Shown here piece after piece: positions 21,633 through 30,767 of a stretch of DNA of 64,000 bases. Each line of letters opens with the position of its first letter. Position 1 is the stretch's first letter. The notes beneath the pieces are model-generated. The model was given only the letters and a program-made list of their open reading frames with translations, ran no database searches and was not told where the DNA came from. The position numbers and the translations under genes are program-made. The stretch comes from an uncultured virus (IMG/VR IMGVR_UViG_3300005253_002810). Taxonomy: Duplodnaviria > Heunggongvirae > Uroviricota > Caudoviricetes. The stretch lies in IMG/VR virus record IMGVR_UViG_3300005253_002810, one strand, 5' to 3'.

Positions 21633-24557
21633 ATGATAGCTCGCAAAGACGTAAGCATTATCCATAATCGTTGGCATGACGCCCAACGTGTCGATAAGAC
21701 AGATATGGATGTTGAACAAAATAGAGGCATTGATACAGATGCCGCAACCATTCATAATCATTTTGGTTCTGGCGTCTTGCTTGAAAGTCCAGAGCAACCG
21801 ATTATTTTTGACTCTGATAATTTAATAGCTAGCCAGGCAGCAATTGAGGCTGCGGGCAATTTTGATGGCATTGGCCTTGCTGCTCATTTGCAGCCAAGTG
21901 ATATAAACTTAGGAAATCAATTAGAGGTAAATCTTACTGGTTCTAGTGTAATTGGGCGTTTATCAATTAAAGTTGCAATTATAGGATTGTCATTTGATAA
22001 TACTGTTCAGATGGATAGGCTATATTTCTACAAGAATGAGAAACAGGTCACATCGAAGCATTATAAGCGAATTTTAACAATTTTCTTCAATGATTTTAAA
22101 GGAAACAATAACTGTTCTCGTAGTTTAGGCGGTAGAGTTGTAATTAGAGAGACTTCATCATTCCAGCTTTCCACAGATCCGATGATGGAAAGACAGGATG
22201 TTTCTCCTGATTTATTCTGGAGAGATTTTAAGGTATCAGACTCTGCAATATCATTATTTGATACGATACAGAATGGTATGGGGTCAGAATTTAGTGCGGA
22301 CGCACTATCGCTTGATATCAGCGGCACAACCGATCGTGAGATGGCAGCTAATGATGTGACATCTCAGGTTGGGCAGAAATTTCAAGCAAATACAGACAAT
22401 ATTCAGAAGGTAACTCTTCTTATTGGTGCCCGACAGAAGGATACAGGGCCTGAAGCAGATAAATTCGACTGGACCGGAGACATTGTCGTTAGCATTTATC
22501 CGCTTCAGACCAGCGTGAGCTGCCCAGTAGATATTGTACCATCATTGGCGATAGATTTTGAGCCGAGCAATGAGCCGATAGCACAGCTAAGCTTTGACCA
22601 GGCCTCGCTAGAAGATGCTGGCTATGTACTTACAAGCGTTGCTCAGCCGGTTGACTTTGTATTTAGTTCGACTAAGTTGGGCGATCCCGCTACCAGTAAT
22701 GTCGTCAAAGATCGTTTCTATGCTGTTACTATAAAGCGATCTGGATCTGCAACATCTGGCACGCTATTTTTAGGCGTAGGAATTAATAGGACCGCAGATT
22801 CCCGCGTAACACTATTTAGTGGAGTTTGGGTTGATGTTCCAGAAGAAGACTTATGGTTCCAAGTTTGGACTGATGCTGCAAAGATAGCCGATGGGCGTGG
22901 ATATGATGAAGGAAATGGAATTCAATATGATAAGACCACCACTGATGAATTAACCGGCGCAACCATAGATAATCAGGTTAGGCATTTATCATTTGCTGAT
23001 ACTGGAGAAAATATACTCAATATTGCTGTTATTCAGGCTATTGGGGAAGAAACCGTAACGGTACAAGACGAAAGAACTGGCAATAATGTAAATTCTCGCA
23101 GGAAATTCGTTCCGTCTTCTAGTTTTGTAGATGAGTCTGGATTAAGTTCGCTGCAAGGCGTTTCTAACCCATTTATTATTGGATGCACACAAGATACTAA
23201 CCCAAAACAAAATGCCATACTTGAGAAAGTCCAAACAATACCTGGCCTTGCAAGTGGCGACCAGTTTTGTATAGTAAATCCAGATCCTGATTCTCTCTCA
23301 TTGAACGTTATAGGAAGTAAGCTTATTCCGAATATAAGTAGCGCTTTCGATTATCGAATTTTTGGTGCCGATCTTTGTACTGATGGATATGGAGATGTAA
23401 ATGGCGATGGTTATATTGATGCAGCTGATATTGCTGCAGCATCACAGTTAATTGGCGAGAGTTTGTTATTCAATTCAACTCAACAAAAAATCATTGATGG
23501 ATACTTCTCAGCTCTTGAAGTATTGCGCGCAGATGTAAATGGCGATGGTTATGTTACCGCCACAGATGTTGACCTAATTACACAGTTCGTTAATAGACAA
23601 ATTAACGCATTCCCGGCTGGAGGTTCATTTACACACATATGTTATACTGTTCAGCAAAGCACAGGTAGATATGATGGGTATTTCGATTGTGATGGCTATG
23701 TGCGACTTGATGGTTATACTGGGCTTAATATTATAGATCCTGGTGACTTGTCTGCTGAAGAGCTTAAATATGATGGCTATTTAACCACACCAACGATAGA
23801 GGGCGACAGCACGTTTACTACTGTGCCATTCCCTGGGGTGACATATAGGATTGACCCACAACCATATTGGAGGCCAGAATCCCTCGCATTAAGCAGTGAA
23901 ACTAGAGCTGTGCCTGCGACATTCTTTGTTAGTACTTCTATAGACCCGCCAGATTGTTCTCAAACGCTTTCATTTGAGTGTACAGATAGAACGGCTGTCA
24001 CACCAGAGTGTGATCCTGGCAGAAATGACTTCCTAGTACCTGACAACCTAATTATAGGCAAGGGAGATATTGTCAGTCTGGATGGCACTAAACATAAGTT
24101 GGATTTTGAAATTGGAACAGTAATTTTGCAACTTCCTCAAACTCCTTTTGAAGAGGCTTCAATTAATCTATTCGATAAATTAGTAGCTGATCGTGGAGAT
24201 GGTATAACTAGAGGAGGTCTGCCCGCAATGAGGTATTCTGACTGTACAACGGTACAGGATGCAGACTTTGCATTAAATAGGATTAGATTTTCTGTTTCTG
24301 TGCAGGCTTTTGTGCCAAATATAGATGGATATACTGAGGAAGATGGTTATGGCGTTATTGTAGATGACATAATCGGTGTCCATTTGGATCATTCAACCGG
24401 AATCTTAAAACTTACAATCAAGGATCTTTTTGTGGACACGGTATTTATGACACTAGTTACAAAGTTGCAGATATTAGTATATCTGAAAAAGGCTGGGTGG
24501 AATAATGTCATTACAGTTGTCGAGCCGAGTCAGATCGCAGGATTGTTGAGCACATAA
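21633..24557 (+). CDS. Virion/tail-associated protein containing a dockerin-like domain
   Basis: 974 aa with two Ca-binding repeats, GDVNGDGYIDAAD and ADVNGDGYVTATD...INAFP; last gene of the structural run. Confidence 0.65.
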   Translation: MIARKDVSIIHNRWHDAQRVDKTDMDVEQNRGIDTDAATIHNHFGSGVLLESPEQPIIFDSDNLIASQAAIEAAGNFDGIGLAAHLQPSDINLGNQLEVNLTGSSVIGRLSIKVAIIGLSFDNTVQMDRLYFYKNEKQVTSKHYKRILTIFFNDFKGNNNCSRSLGGRVVIRETSSFQLSTDPMMERQDVSPDLFWRDFKVSDSAISLFDTIQNGMGSEFSADALSLDISGTTDREMAANDVTSQVGQKFQANTDNIQKVTLLIGARQKDTGPEADKFDWTGDIVVSIYPLQTSVSCPVDIVPSLAIDFEPSNEPIAQLSFDQASLEDAGYVLTSVAQPVDFVFSSTKLGDPATSNVVKDRFYAVTIKRSGSATSGTLFLGVGINRTADSRVTLFSGVWVDVPEEDLWFQVWTDAAKIADGRGYDEGNGIQYDKTTTDELTGATIDNQVRHLSFADTGENILNIAVIQAIGEETVTVQDERTGNNVNSRRKFVPSSSFVDESGLSSLQGVSNPFIIGCTQDTNPKQNAILEKVQTIPGLASGDQFCIVNPDPDSLSLNVIGSKLIPNISSAFDYRIFGADLCTDGYGDVNGDGYIDAADIAAASQLIGESLLFNSTQQKIIDGYFSALEVLRADVNGDGYVTATDVDLITQFVNRQINAFPAGGSFTHICYTVQQSTGRYDGYFDCDGYVRLDGYTGLNIIDPGDLSAEELKYDGYLTTPTIEGDSTFTTVPFPGVTYRIDPQPYWRPESLALSSETRAVPATFFVSTSIDPPDCSQTLSFECTDRTAVTPECDPGRNDFLVPDNLIIGKGDIVSLDGTKHKLDFEIGTVILQLPQTPFEEASINLFDKLVADRGDGITRGGLPAMRYSDCTTVQDADFALNRIRFSVSVQAFVPNIDGYTEEDGYGVIVDDIIGVHLDHSTGILKLTIKDLFVDTVFMTLVTKLQILVYLKKAGWNNVITVVEPSQIAGLLST

Positions 24558-25114
24558 TGGCGTTAATTGGATTGAAAATACCGGCTGAAATCTCTAGAAT
24601 CTTTACCAATGTAAAGGTGCCTGGGGAAAGAGACCCATCAGATCATGTTACTATGTTCTATATAAGCGGAGAGCTTAAGCCGAAAGATATCGCAAAAGTT
24701 TGTGCAGCCCTACCTGGTGTGTTGGAGAACATCACACCCTTTGAAGCTGTTGTTAAGACAATTACATGTTTTCCTGAGGGCGACGAAGGCGTACCTATAG
24801 TGGGCGATGTCATATCTAAAGAGTTGACGGGGTTAAGAATAAAAATCGTCAAATTGCTTAACAAAGAGAAAATTGAATACTCTAAGAAGTTTTCAAAATT
24901 CAAACCGCACGTAACCCTATCTTACAGTAATGATAAGATAGACAATATCAAGCTACCAACACCGGCAAAGTGGTTAGTAACTGAATTGATTTTATGGAGC
25001 GGCGATCAGGATGATAGTGGAATTATTATTACATTCCCATTATATGAAAAAGTGTCTGCGGCAAATATTGCCCTGGCGCTAGCTGATGTATTTTGTAAGT
25101 TGGCACATGTTTAA
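24557..25114 (+). CDS. 2H phosphoesterase (2'-5' RNA ligase/Acb1-like)
   Basis: Two HxT motifs (DHVTMFY, PHVTLSY) about 87 aa apart. Confidence 0.85.
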   Translation: MALIGLKIPAEISRIFTNVKVPGERDPSDHVTMFYISGELKPKDIAKVCAALPGVLENITPFEAVVKTITCFPEGDEGVPIVGDVISKELTGLRIKIVKLLNKEKIEYSKKFSKFKPHVTLSYSNDKIDNIKLPTPAKWLVTELILWSGDQDDSGIIITFPLYEKVSAANIALALADVFCKLAHV

Positions 25115-25316
25115 AGTTGGCGATGTTATAACAGTGAGAGAGGCCGTTTGGGCTGGCATGCACTGTGGTTCTCCAGATGAGCTGCCAAGTGGACCAATTG
25201 TCTGGATACAGCCCACGGGTGCAAACCGGGTACAAATAGAGGGTAGTGGATATTTATTCAGGCCTAAGGATGTTGAATTATTATGGGCGGATATAGATGT
25301 TAAAGAATTTGAATAA
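25107..25316 (+). CDS. Small hypothetical protein
   Basis: MFKVGDVITV start, typical of small SH3/KOW-like phage proteins; overlaps the previous stop. Confidence 0.5.
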   Translation: MFKVGDVITVREAVWAGMHCGSPDELPSGPIVWIQPTGANRVQIEGSGYLFRPKDVELLWADIDVKEFE

Positions 25317-25317
25317 G

Positions 25318-25488
25318 ATGGTTTTACGAAGCATTTATCTTGATCCAGAGATGGATCAGGTGCTATCTAGATTGGCAGCGTCTAAATTAGTTACTAAATC
25401 TGTATTGATACGTAGTCTTTTACAAGAAGTTATTGGGAAACCCCCGCTCAAGAGGACGATGGATTGTAATTGCCTTGTCCCAGTTTGA
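25318..25488 (+). CDS. Ribbon-helix-helix (CopG-like) DNA-binding protein
   Basis: RSIYLDPEMDQVLSRLA...TKSVLIRSLLQE fits the RHH beta-alpha-alpha pattern. Confidence 0.7.
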   Translation: MVLRSIYLDPEMDQVLSRLAASKLVTKSVLIRSLLQEVIGKPPLKRTMDCNCLVPV

Positions 25489-25532
25489 AAGGATCTTATT
25501 AAATATAAACCTATTATCGTTAAGGAGTAAGT

Positions 25533-26075
25533 ATGCGACGTGTTTTATTTGTAATTTTATGTATTTTTAGCTGCCTGAGCATGGGATGTAGTGAAAACAA
25601 CTACATGGTGCATCATGCAACAGTAGAAGCTGAGCAGGAACAAATCAGGTGGAACAATTATAGTCAAACGCTACTGTTAACGGCTCATTATACTAAAAAG
25701 CCCGCATTGATATATTTTCACTCAGATAGCTGTTCTGCCTGCGAAGATATGGAATCTAAAACCCTTTCTGATAGAAAGGTTATTTATTTGATTAACAATT
25801 CATATGTACCTATAAGGATTAGCGATTCTGAAGATCAATTCCACGATGTGGCAAATAGGTTTAATTTGAAGATAGACGGCGGTGTGCCAGTACCTTCCAT
25901 GATTATTTTGTCTTCAACCAATATTCCTAAAGAGATAATTAGAGTATCTGGATTTATAGATGCTATGACATTGGCCCTTGTGTTGGAGTCTTCTGTAACA
26001 ATTGATGTGCTTGCACGAGTTGAAGATAGTATAGATCAATTATTCCAATTGCCCGAAGAAGTAGTGGTCCCTTAA
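25533..26075 (+). CDS. Thioredoxin-fold lipoprotein
   Basis: AAGGAG RBS; signal peptide with lipobox-like LSMG-C; YFHSDSCSACEDM CxxC motif; VP cis-Pro-like motif. Confidence 0.75.
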   Translation: MRRVLFVILCIFSCLSMGCSENNYMVHHATVEAEQEQIRWNNYSQTLLLTAHYTKKPALIYFHSDSCSACEDMESKTLSDRKVIYLINNSYVPIRISDSEDQFHDVANRFNLKIDGGVPVPSMIILSSTNIPKEIIRVSGFIDAMTLALVLESSVTIDVLARVEDSIDQLFQLPEEVVVP

Positions 26076-26089
26076 GACGTTATAACGGC

Positions 26090-27199
26090 ATGAGGGTAAA
26101 AATACAGCAGTTTTTGTGTGGAAAGTGCCATAGTTGGGCAGTTGTAGGCCAATGCATTGGAAGAGAGCTTTTAAAGCTTGACCATAATGTTGAATTCTTT
26201 TCAACAGATGGCATTAAAGATAAGTATGTGCCAGATTATTTAAGGCCGTTTCTGAAAGATAACAAGGCTGATTCTCCAAACTTTGTGGAACCACAAGGCA
26301 CGTATGGCATGCAAATTAGCTATACTGCCATGAAGAATTTTCCACACTTTTTAAGGCATGGAAATCAAAACAAATTTGCTATTTATAATTATGATGGCTC
26401 GGTTCTCCCAGAGCACTGGGCTAAGTACAGCCATTGCGTCGATAAGCTGCTACCATCTTCTGAATATTCGAAAAAGGTATTTCTTGACGCAAAGATACCA
26501 GAAGACAAATTAGAGGTAGTTCCACATGGTATCGATATTGAAGATTTCAATGTAAAGCCATATAAACTGAAGACGAAAAAGTCAATTAAGATTCTGAACG
26601 TATGTGGCCAGTTACATCGAAGGAAGAATCTATCAGGGATTTTAGACGCTTATGGTAAGGCATTCACAAAAGACGATGATGCTTGCTTGGTGTTGAAAGT
26701 GGCTGATAAGCTACCAGAGACTAAGTTTGAGGTTTCTTTCAGAGATCTATATAATAAGTGGCGTTCCAATAATAAAAACGGCCCAGAAGTTGAAGTCATT
26801 TATGATTATATAGACAGTATAGAGAGCCTATTCTTAGCTTGTGATATACATTATTCACTTTCAAACATTGAGTGTTTTCACATTCCATCATTGCAAAGTA
26901 TGGCTGCGAAAAAGCTCACTATACAATCAAATTATGGTGGCAGCGTAGATTTCATGAATGATAGCAATTCATTGCTGGTAGAAGGTAATATTGGGCGATG
27001 CCCGCCTAGATATCAATATTGGACACCATCGCCATATGCCGAAATGTTTATTCCAAACAGCGATGATGCTATTGAAAAACTTAGATATGCTGTCGATAAC
27101 TATGATAGTCTGATGGAAAGGCTTATGCCAGCCATGGAAAAGACGGTGGAACAATATACCTGGGCTAATGTGACAAAACAAATTATAGGTTTACAGTGA
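26090..27199 (+). CDS. Glycosyltransferase family 4 (GT-B)
   Basis: VVPHGID, RKNLSGILDAY, ECFHIPSLQSMA, YTWANV motifs. Confidence 0.9.
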   Translation: MRVKIQQFLCGKCHSWAVVGQCIGRELLKLDHNVEFFSTDGIKDKYVPDYLRPFLKDNKADSPNFVEPQGTYGMQISYTAMKNFPHFLRHGNQNKFAIYNYDGSVLPEHWAKYSHCVDKLLPSSEYSKKVFLDAKIPEDKLEVVPHGIDIEDFNVKPYKLKTKKSIKILNVCGQLHRRKNLSGILDAYGKAFTKDDDACLVLKVADKLPETKFEVSFRDLYNKWRSNNKNGPEVEVIYDYIDSIESLFLACDIHYSLSNIECFHIPSLQSMAAKKLTIQSNYGGSVDFMNDSNSLLVEGNIGRCPPRYQYWTPSPYAEMFIPNSDDAIEKLRYAVDNYDSLMERLMPAMEKTVEQYTWANVTKQIIGLQ

Positions 27200-28017
27200 T
27201 AGAACTAAAGAAAGATATAAAAAACACAACATCAGATGATGATATGTTCACTGTGCAAAAAGACAGCAGCATAGATTTGAGCATAATCGTGCCGGTATTC
27301 AACAATGTTAACTTTACAATGTTAGCCCTTGAGGGGCTTGGCAAGCTGCCTAGCAATTATGAAGTGCTTATTGTGGATAATAACAGCGAAGATGACACAG
27401 AAGAAGTAGTAGAAGAATTCATAACAAAAGCACCAAAAGACAGGGCCTCTATTTCTTATATAGGATGTCCTAGAAATATGGGATTTAGTGCAGCTAATAA
27501 TAAAGGATTCAAATATTCAAGAGGCAGGAATATTCTATTCCTAAACAATGATATTCGTATTGAGGATGATTTTGAAACGTGGCCAGAGGAAATGGTGCGA
27601 TTAGCTGAAGAGGGTTATATTATTGGCGCAGATGGCGGGCTGTTGGATGGTCAATTCAACTATGTAACAACGGGTACAAACTTGCCACGGACAAACCGTT
27701 GGTATTTGAGCGGCTGGTGTTTATGTGGATCCAGAGAAACTTTTGACAAGTTAAAGCTCAACCACTACTCTAATTCAGAAGGGCAAATTGTTGAGGGAAC
27801 ACAATCGTGGGGACCTTGGAACGAAAAGTTCTTCCTTTATTTTGAGGATGGTGATTTAACTTGGCGAGCAAGAGACCTTGGAATTGAGCTTAAGGAGATA
27901 AGAGTACCAATTCATCATTTCGGCAGAATTACAGGTCGTAAATATGGAATGTTTGGATATTATAAGAAGTCCCAAAGGATATTCAAGATAGAGTGGAAAG
28001 AAAGATATAGATCATGA
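27196..28017 (+). CDS. Glycosyltransferase family 2
   Basis: SIIVPVFN, IVDNNSED, NMGFSAANNKG, LFLNND, YFEDGDL motifs. Confidence 0.9.
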   Translation: MIELKKDIKNTTSDDDMFTVQKDSSIDLSIIVPVFNNVNFTMLALEGLGKLPSNYEVLIVDNNSEDDTEEVVEEFITKAPKDRASISYIGCPRNMGFSAANNKGFKYSRGRNILFLNNDIRIEDDFETWPEEMVRLAEEGYIIGADGGLLDGQFNYVTTGTNLPRTNRWYLSGWCLCGSRETFDKLKLNHYSNSEGQIVEGTQSWGPWNEKFFLYFEDGDLTWRARDLGIELKEIRVPIHHFGRITGRKYGMFGYYKKSQRIFKIEWKERYRS

Positions 28018-28229
28018 TAAATCATTTAAAGAATATAGTTCTAATAGGGGCCATCCCGGTTATAATGTTTTGGATTGCCGTCCTTCTGGGATTTTGGTTT
28101 TATCCAGAGGACATGGATGGCGCAAGTAACCTGATAATGGTATTTGCCGGTACAGGTTGTTTGGTTGCACTATTCTTGTTAGTGCGGAACATAAGGCGTG
28201 GCATAGAGTACTTTCTTAAAAGGAAATAA
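28014..28229 (+). CDS. Small two-TM membrane protein
   Basis: Two hydrophobic helices and a basic C-terminus; overlaps both neighbours. Confidence 0.6.
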   Translation: MINHLKNIVLIGAIPVIMFWIAVLLGFWFYPEDMDGASNLIMVFAGTGCLVALFLLVRNIRRGIEYFLKRK

Positions 28230-29053
28230 TGATCTATGTATTGACGCTAACTTGGAATGGCCTTGATAGTCTTAAAAAGCTCAAAGGTGGTCTAATAAGA
28301 AATCTCAACAATGTTGATACAGATTACGACGCAGTATGGTGTGTCCGTGACAATGGTTCTACAGATGGGACTGCTGAGTGGTTAAATGAAATTAGGAAAT
28401 ACGGAAATGTTGCGACGCTTCCTTTACTTATAGATCACAATAGAGATAATTTTGCCCAGGGAGTTAACTCTTTAGCAAATATGGTTTATGACGAATACGA
28501 TTATGCTAATTCTAATGATTTTTTCTTGCTTCTAAATAATGATGTAGAATTTGTTGATGATACGTCACTATTAAAAATGATGCATCTGATGAAAGATCCT
28601 AAGGTTGGTGTGGTTGGTGCCAGGCTGCTATACAGTGGTACGAATAAATTGCAGCACGGTGGTGTCATATTCGGACGTAGGTATAGCAACATGCCATATC
28701 ATTATCGGCACCAAGAAGAATCTGATAAACACGCGGAGAAGAACCGATACTTTCAAGCAGTAACTGCGGCATGTTGTCTAATTAGGGCTAAGGCGTTTCA
28801 GAAGATGAGTGAGATATATTTTTGGAGTTTTGAAGATACAGATTTATGCTTAAGAATCAAGAAGGCCGGATGGAAGATTGCATATTGTGGAGAAACCAGA
28901 ATCTACCATGAGGAAAGTGCGTCATTGAAGAAGAATCCGGTCAACAAAATGTTCCTCCAACAGAATGTAGAGCACTTCAAGAGTAAGTGGTTTGGCAAAT
29001 ATGAGCTTGACCACGAGAAGTATTTGAAAAATCCTAACTATAAAGTGATTTAG
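28229..29053 (+). CDS. Glycosyltransferase family 2
   Basis: DNGSTDGT, LLLNNDV, AVTAACCLI, FEDTDLCLR, HEESAS motifs. Confidence 0.9.
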   Translation: MIYVLTLTWNGLDSLKKLKGGLIRNLNNVDTDYDAVWCVRDNGSTDGTAEWLNEIRKYGNVATLPLLIDHNRDNFAQGVNSLANMVYDEYDYANSNDFFLLLNNDVEFVDDTSLLKMMHLMKDPKVGVVGARLLYSGTNKLQHGGVIFGRRYSNMPYHYRHQEESDKHAEKNRYFQAVTAACCLIRAKAFQKMSEIYFWSFEDTDLCLRIKKAGWKIAYCGETRIYHEESASLKKNPVNKMFLQQNVEHFKSKWFGKYELDHEKYLKNPNYKVI

Positions 29054-30015
29054 TGGGGATGCGCAAATTAACCACTAAATACTTTCCATTCTCACCTGGC
29101 ATCCCTTGGCAAATAAAGAATGGAAGATACGTTCGGCCAGAGGTTTCTGGCTCTATATTGCGGTCTGTATTAAAAGATAAAGATATTGTTGTAGCAGCTT
29201 TTGGCGGCTTATTGGAGTCGTTTTTTTCATTATCTATTCTAGAGGCCATAAACTATATGATGCCTGGTCATAATCTGTTTTGGTGTGGCCGTTCAGAGTA
29301 TCATTCATTGGTTGAGCAAAATGGTCTAGCTAAGCCGTTTGATATGATAGATCAATCAGTTCTGGATCGATTTCCTGTGCCCGTTTTTTTTGACAAAGAG
29401 AATCGTGCCTATTTTAATTGCCTGAACAACTATTTAAGTGTAAATTCTTATTATTTGTCGCCAGGATACAACGATCTTAGGCCGGCAGTCAAGCAAATCG
29501 CAGAAAAAAGCACAACATCTTGGGAGGTGCGCTTCAGTCCCCAATTAAGGCACCACGAGAGCCGTCAGGAGCCCTTTCCATCAAGGAGAAGGGCTCCGTA
29601 TGTATTGGTGCTCCCAGACCGTACAGGGCTGTCTGAGTGCGAGATAAGCTGTCTTAATTGGGATGCCCGCAAAATACGCTCTTTCTCCACAATGTTACAG
29701 CCAGAGTTTAAACTAATTGTGATGACCAATAATCCTGGAATATATTTCAACACCAATGCTGAGGTTATTCCATTCACGTTAGAGGATATAGTACGCCTAT
29801 TACCACGAGCTTATGCTGTTTTATCTAAAGATGTTGATATTTTATTGCTGGCAATAGCTTTGTCCAATACAAAAATATTATCAAACGCTGTCTGCGCCCC
29901 AATGAGCTTGGAGAAGAATGCTAAATTCCTCTTAAAAAATAATGATATATACACATCTGAAGGCCTGTCTCCAGAAACCGCATGGGGGCATATAACAAAA
30001 TTAGGAAATATATGA
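29053..30015 (+). CDS. Divergent GT-B (GT9-like) protein
   Basis: AFGGLLESFFSLSILEAI resembles the GT9 N-terminal GxGD helix; later YVLVLP...NWD pattern. Degenerate. Confidence 0.45.
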   Translation: MGMRKLTTKYFPFSPGIPWQIKNGRYVRPEVSGSILRSVLKDKDIVVAAFGGLLESFFSLSILEAINYMMPGHNLFWCGRSEYHSLVEQNGLAKPFDMIDQSVLDRFPVPVFFDKENRAYFNCLNNYLSVNSYYLSPGYNDLRPAVKQIAEKSTTSWEVRFSPQLRHHESRQEPFPSRRRAPYVLVLPDRTGLSECEISCLNWDARKIRSFSTMLQPEFKLIVMTNNPGIYFNTNAEVIPFTLEDIVRLLPRAYAVLSKDVDILLLAIALSNTKILSNAVCAPMSLEKNAKFLLKNNDIYTSEGLSPETAWGHITKLGNI

Positions 30016-30767
30016 CTGTCTCAATAATGATTGTAACATATAATCGTCTTAGTTTGACAAAGCAAACGTTAGAAAACCTGTTTAAAGCCACAAAATATCC
30101 ATATAATCTCATATTTGTAGACAATAACTCAAGCGATGGGACGATAGGCTTTCTAGATAAGACGCTACATGGCAAGATGGAACAGTTTAATTCATTTAAA
30201 GATTATTCTATAATATCTAATAGAGACAATAGAGGGATTGCCATTGGAAGAAACCAGGGATTAGCAGAAGCCGTTACGAAATATGACAGTGAATGGTTTG
30301 CTACACTTGATAATGATGTATGGGTTCCAGAGGGCTGGTTAACTGAATGTGTCGAAATTTTACAAGCCAACAGACAATATGCTTCTATAGGGGCCAATAT
30401 GGAGAATGTAAAGTACCCTATTGTTAATTTGAATGGAAAGGAGTTTCAAAACAAACCTCAAGGAAATTTAGGTACCGCCTGCATGGTGTTTAATAGATCT
30501 TTGCATAAAATGCTTGGTTATTTTAATTACAAAGACTATGGAAAATATGGTGAAGAGGATGCAGACTGGGGGATGCGCATCCGTGTAATAGGCCTCAAGC
30601 TTGGATATATCAAAGAGAACGGAAAGCATCTAGGCGAGGGACAGCACGACAAAGGAGAGTATAGAGAGTTTAAAACGGCATCTCACAAGAGGAATTTGGC
30701 AAAGTTTAACGCAAACTGTCGAGACTATGCCCGGCGCATTAAGCCACTATACATAAATTTTCGATGA
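30012..30767 (+). CDS. Glycosyltransferase family 2
   Basis: SIMIVTYNR, VDNNSSDGT, NRGIAIGRNQG, TLDND, YGEEDADW motifs. Confidence 0.9.
   Translation: MTVSIMIVTYNRLSLTKQTLENLFKATKYPYNLIFVDNNSSDGTIGFLDKTLHGKMEQFNSFKDYSIISNRDNRGIAIGRNQGLAEAVTKYDSEWFATLDNDVWVPEGWLTECVEILQANRQYASIGANMENVKYPIVNLNGKEFQNKPQGNLGTACMVFNRSLHKMLGYFNYKDYGKYGEEDADWGMRIRVIGLKLGYIKENGKHLGEGQHDKGEYREFKTASHKRNLAKFNANCRDYARRIKPLYINFR

Noticed and set aside
3..24557. Bacterial contractile injection system (T6SS/eCIS/tailocin) interpretation
   Set aside because: Linkage to DnaB, DnaC-like loader, RNR, sigma factor, tubulin, inteins and HNH remnants, with no housekeeping genes, fits a jumbo phage better. Capsid and terminase are not in the window, so this is not formally proven.
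28014..28229. Holin call for the two-TM protein
   Set aside because: No adjacent endolysin; topology alone is insufficient.
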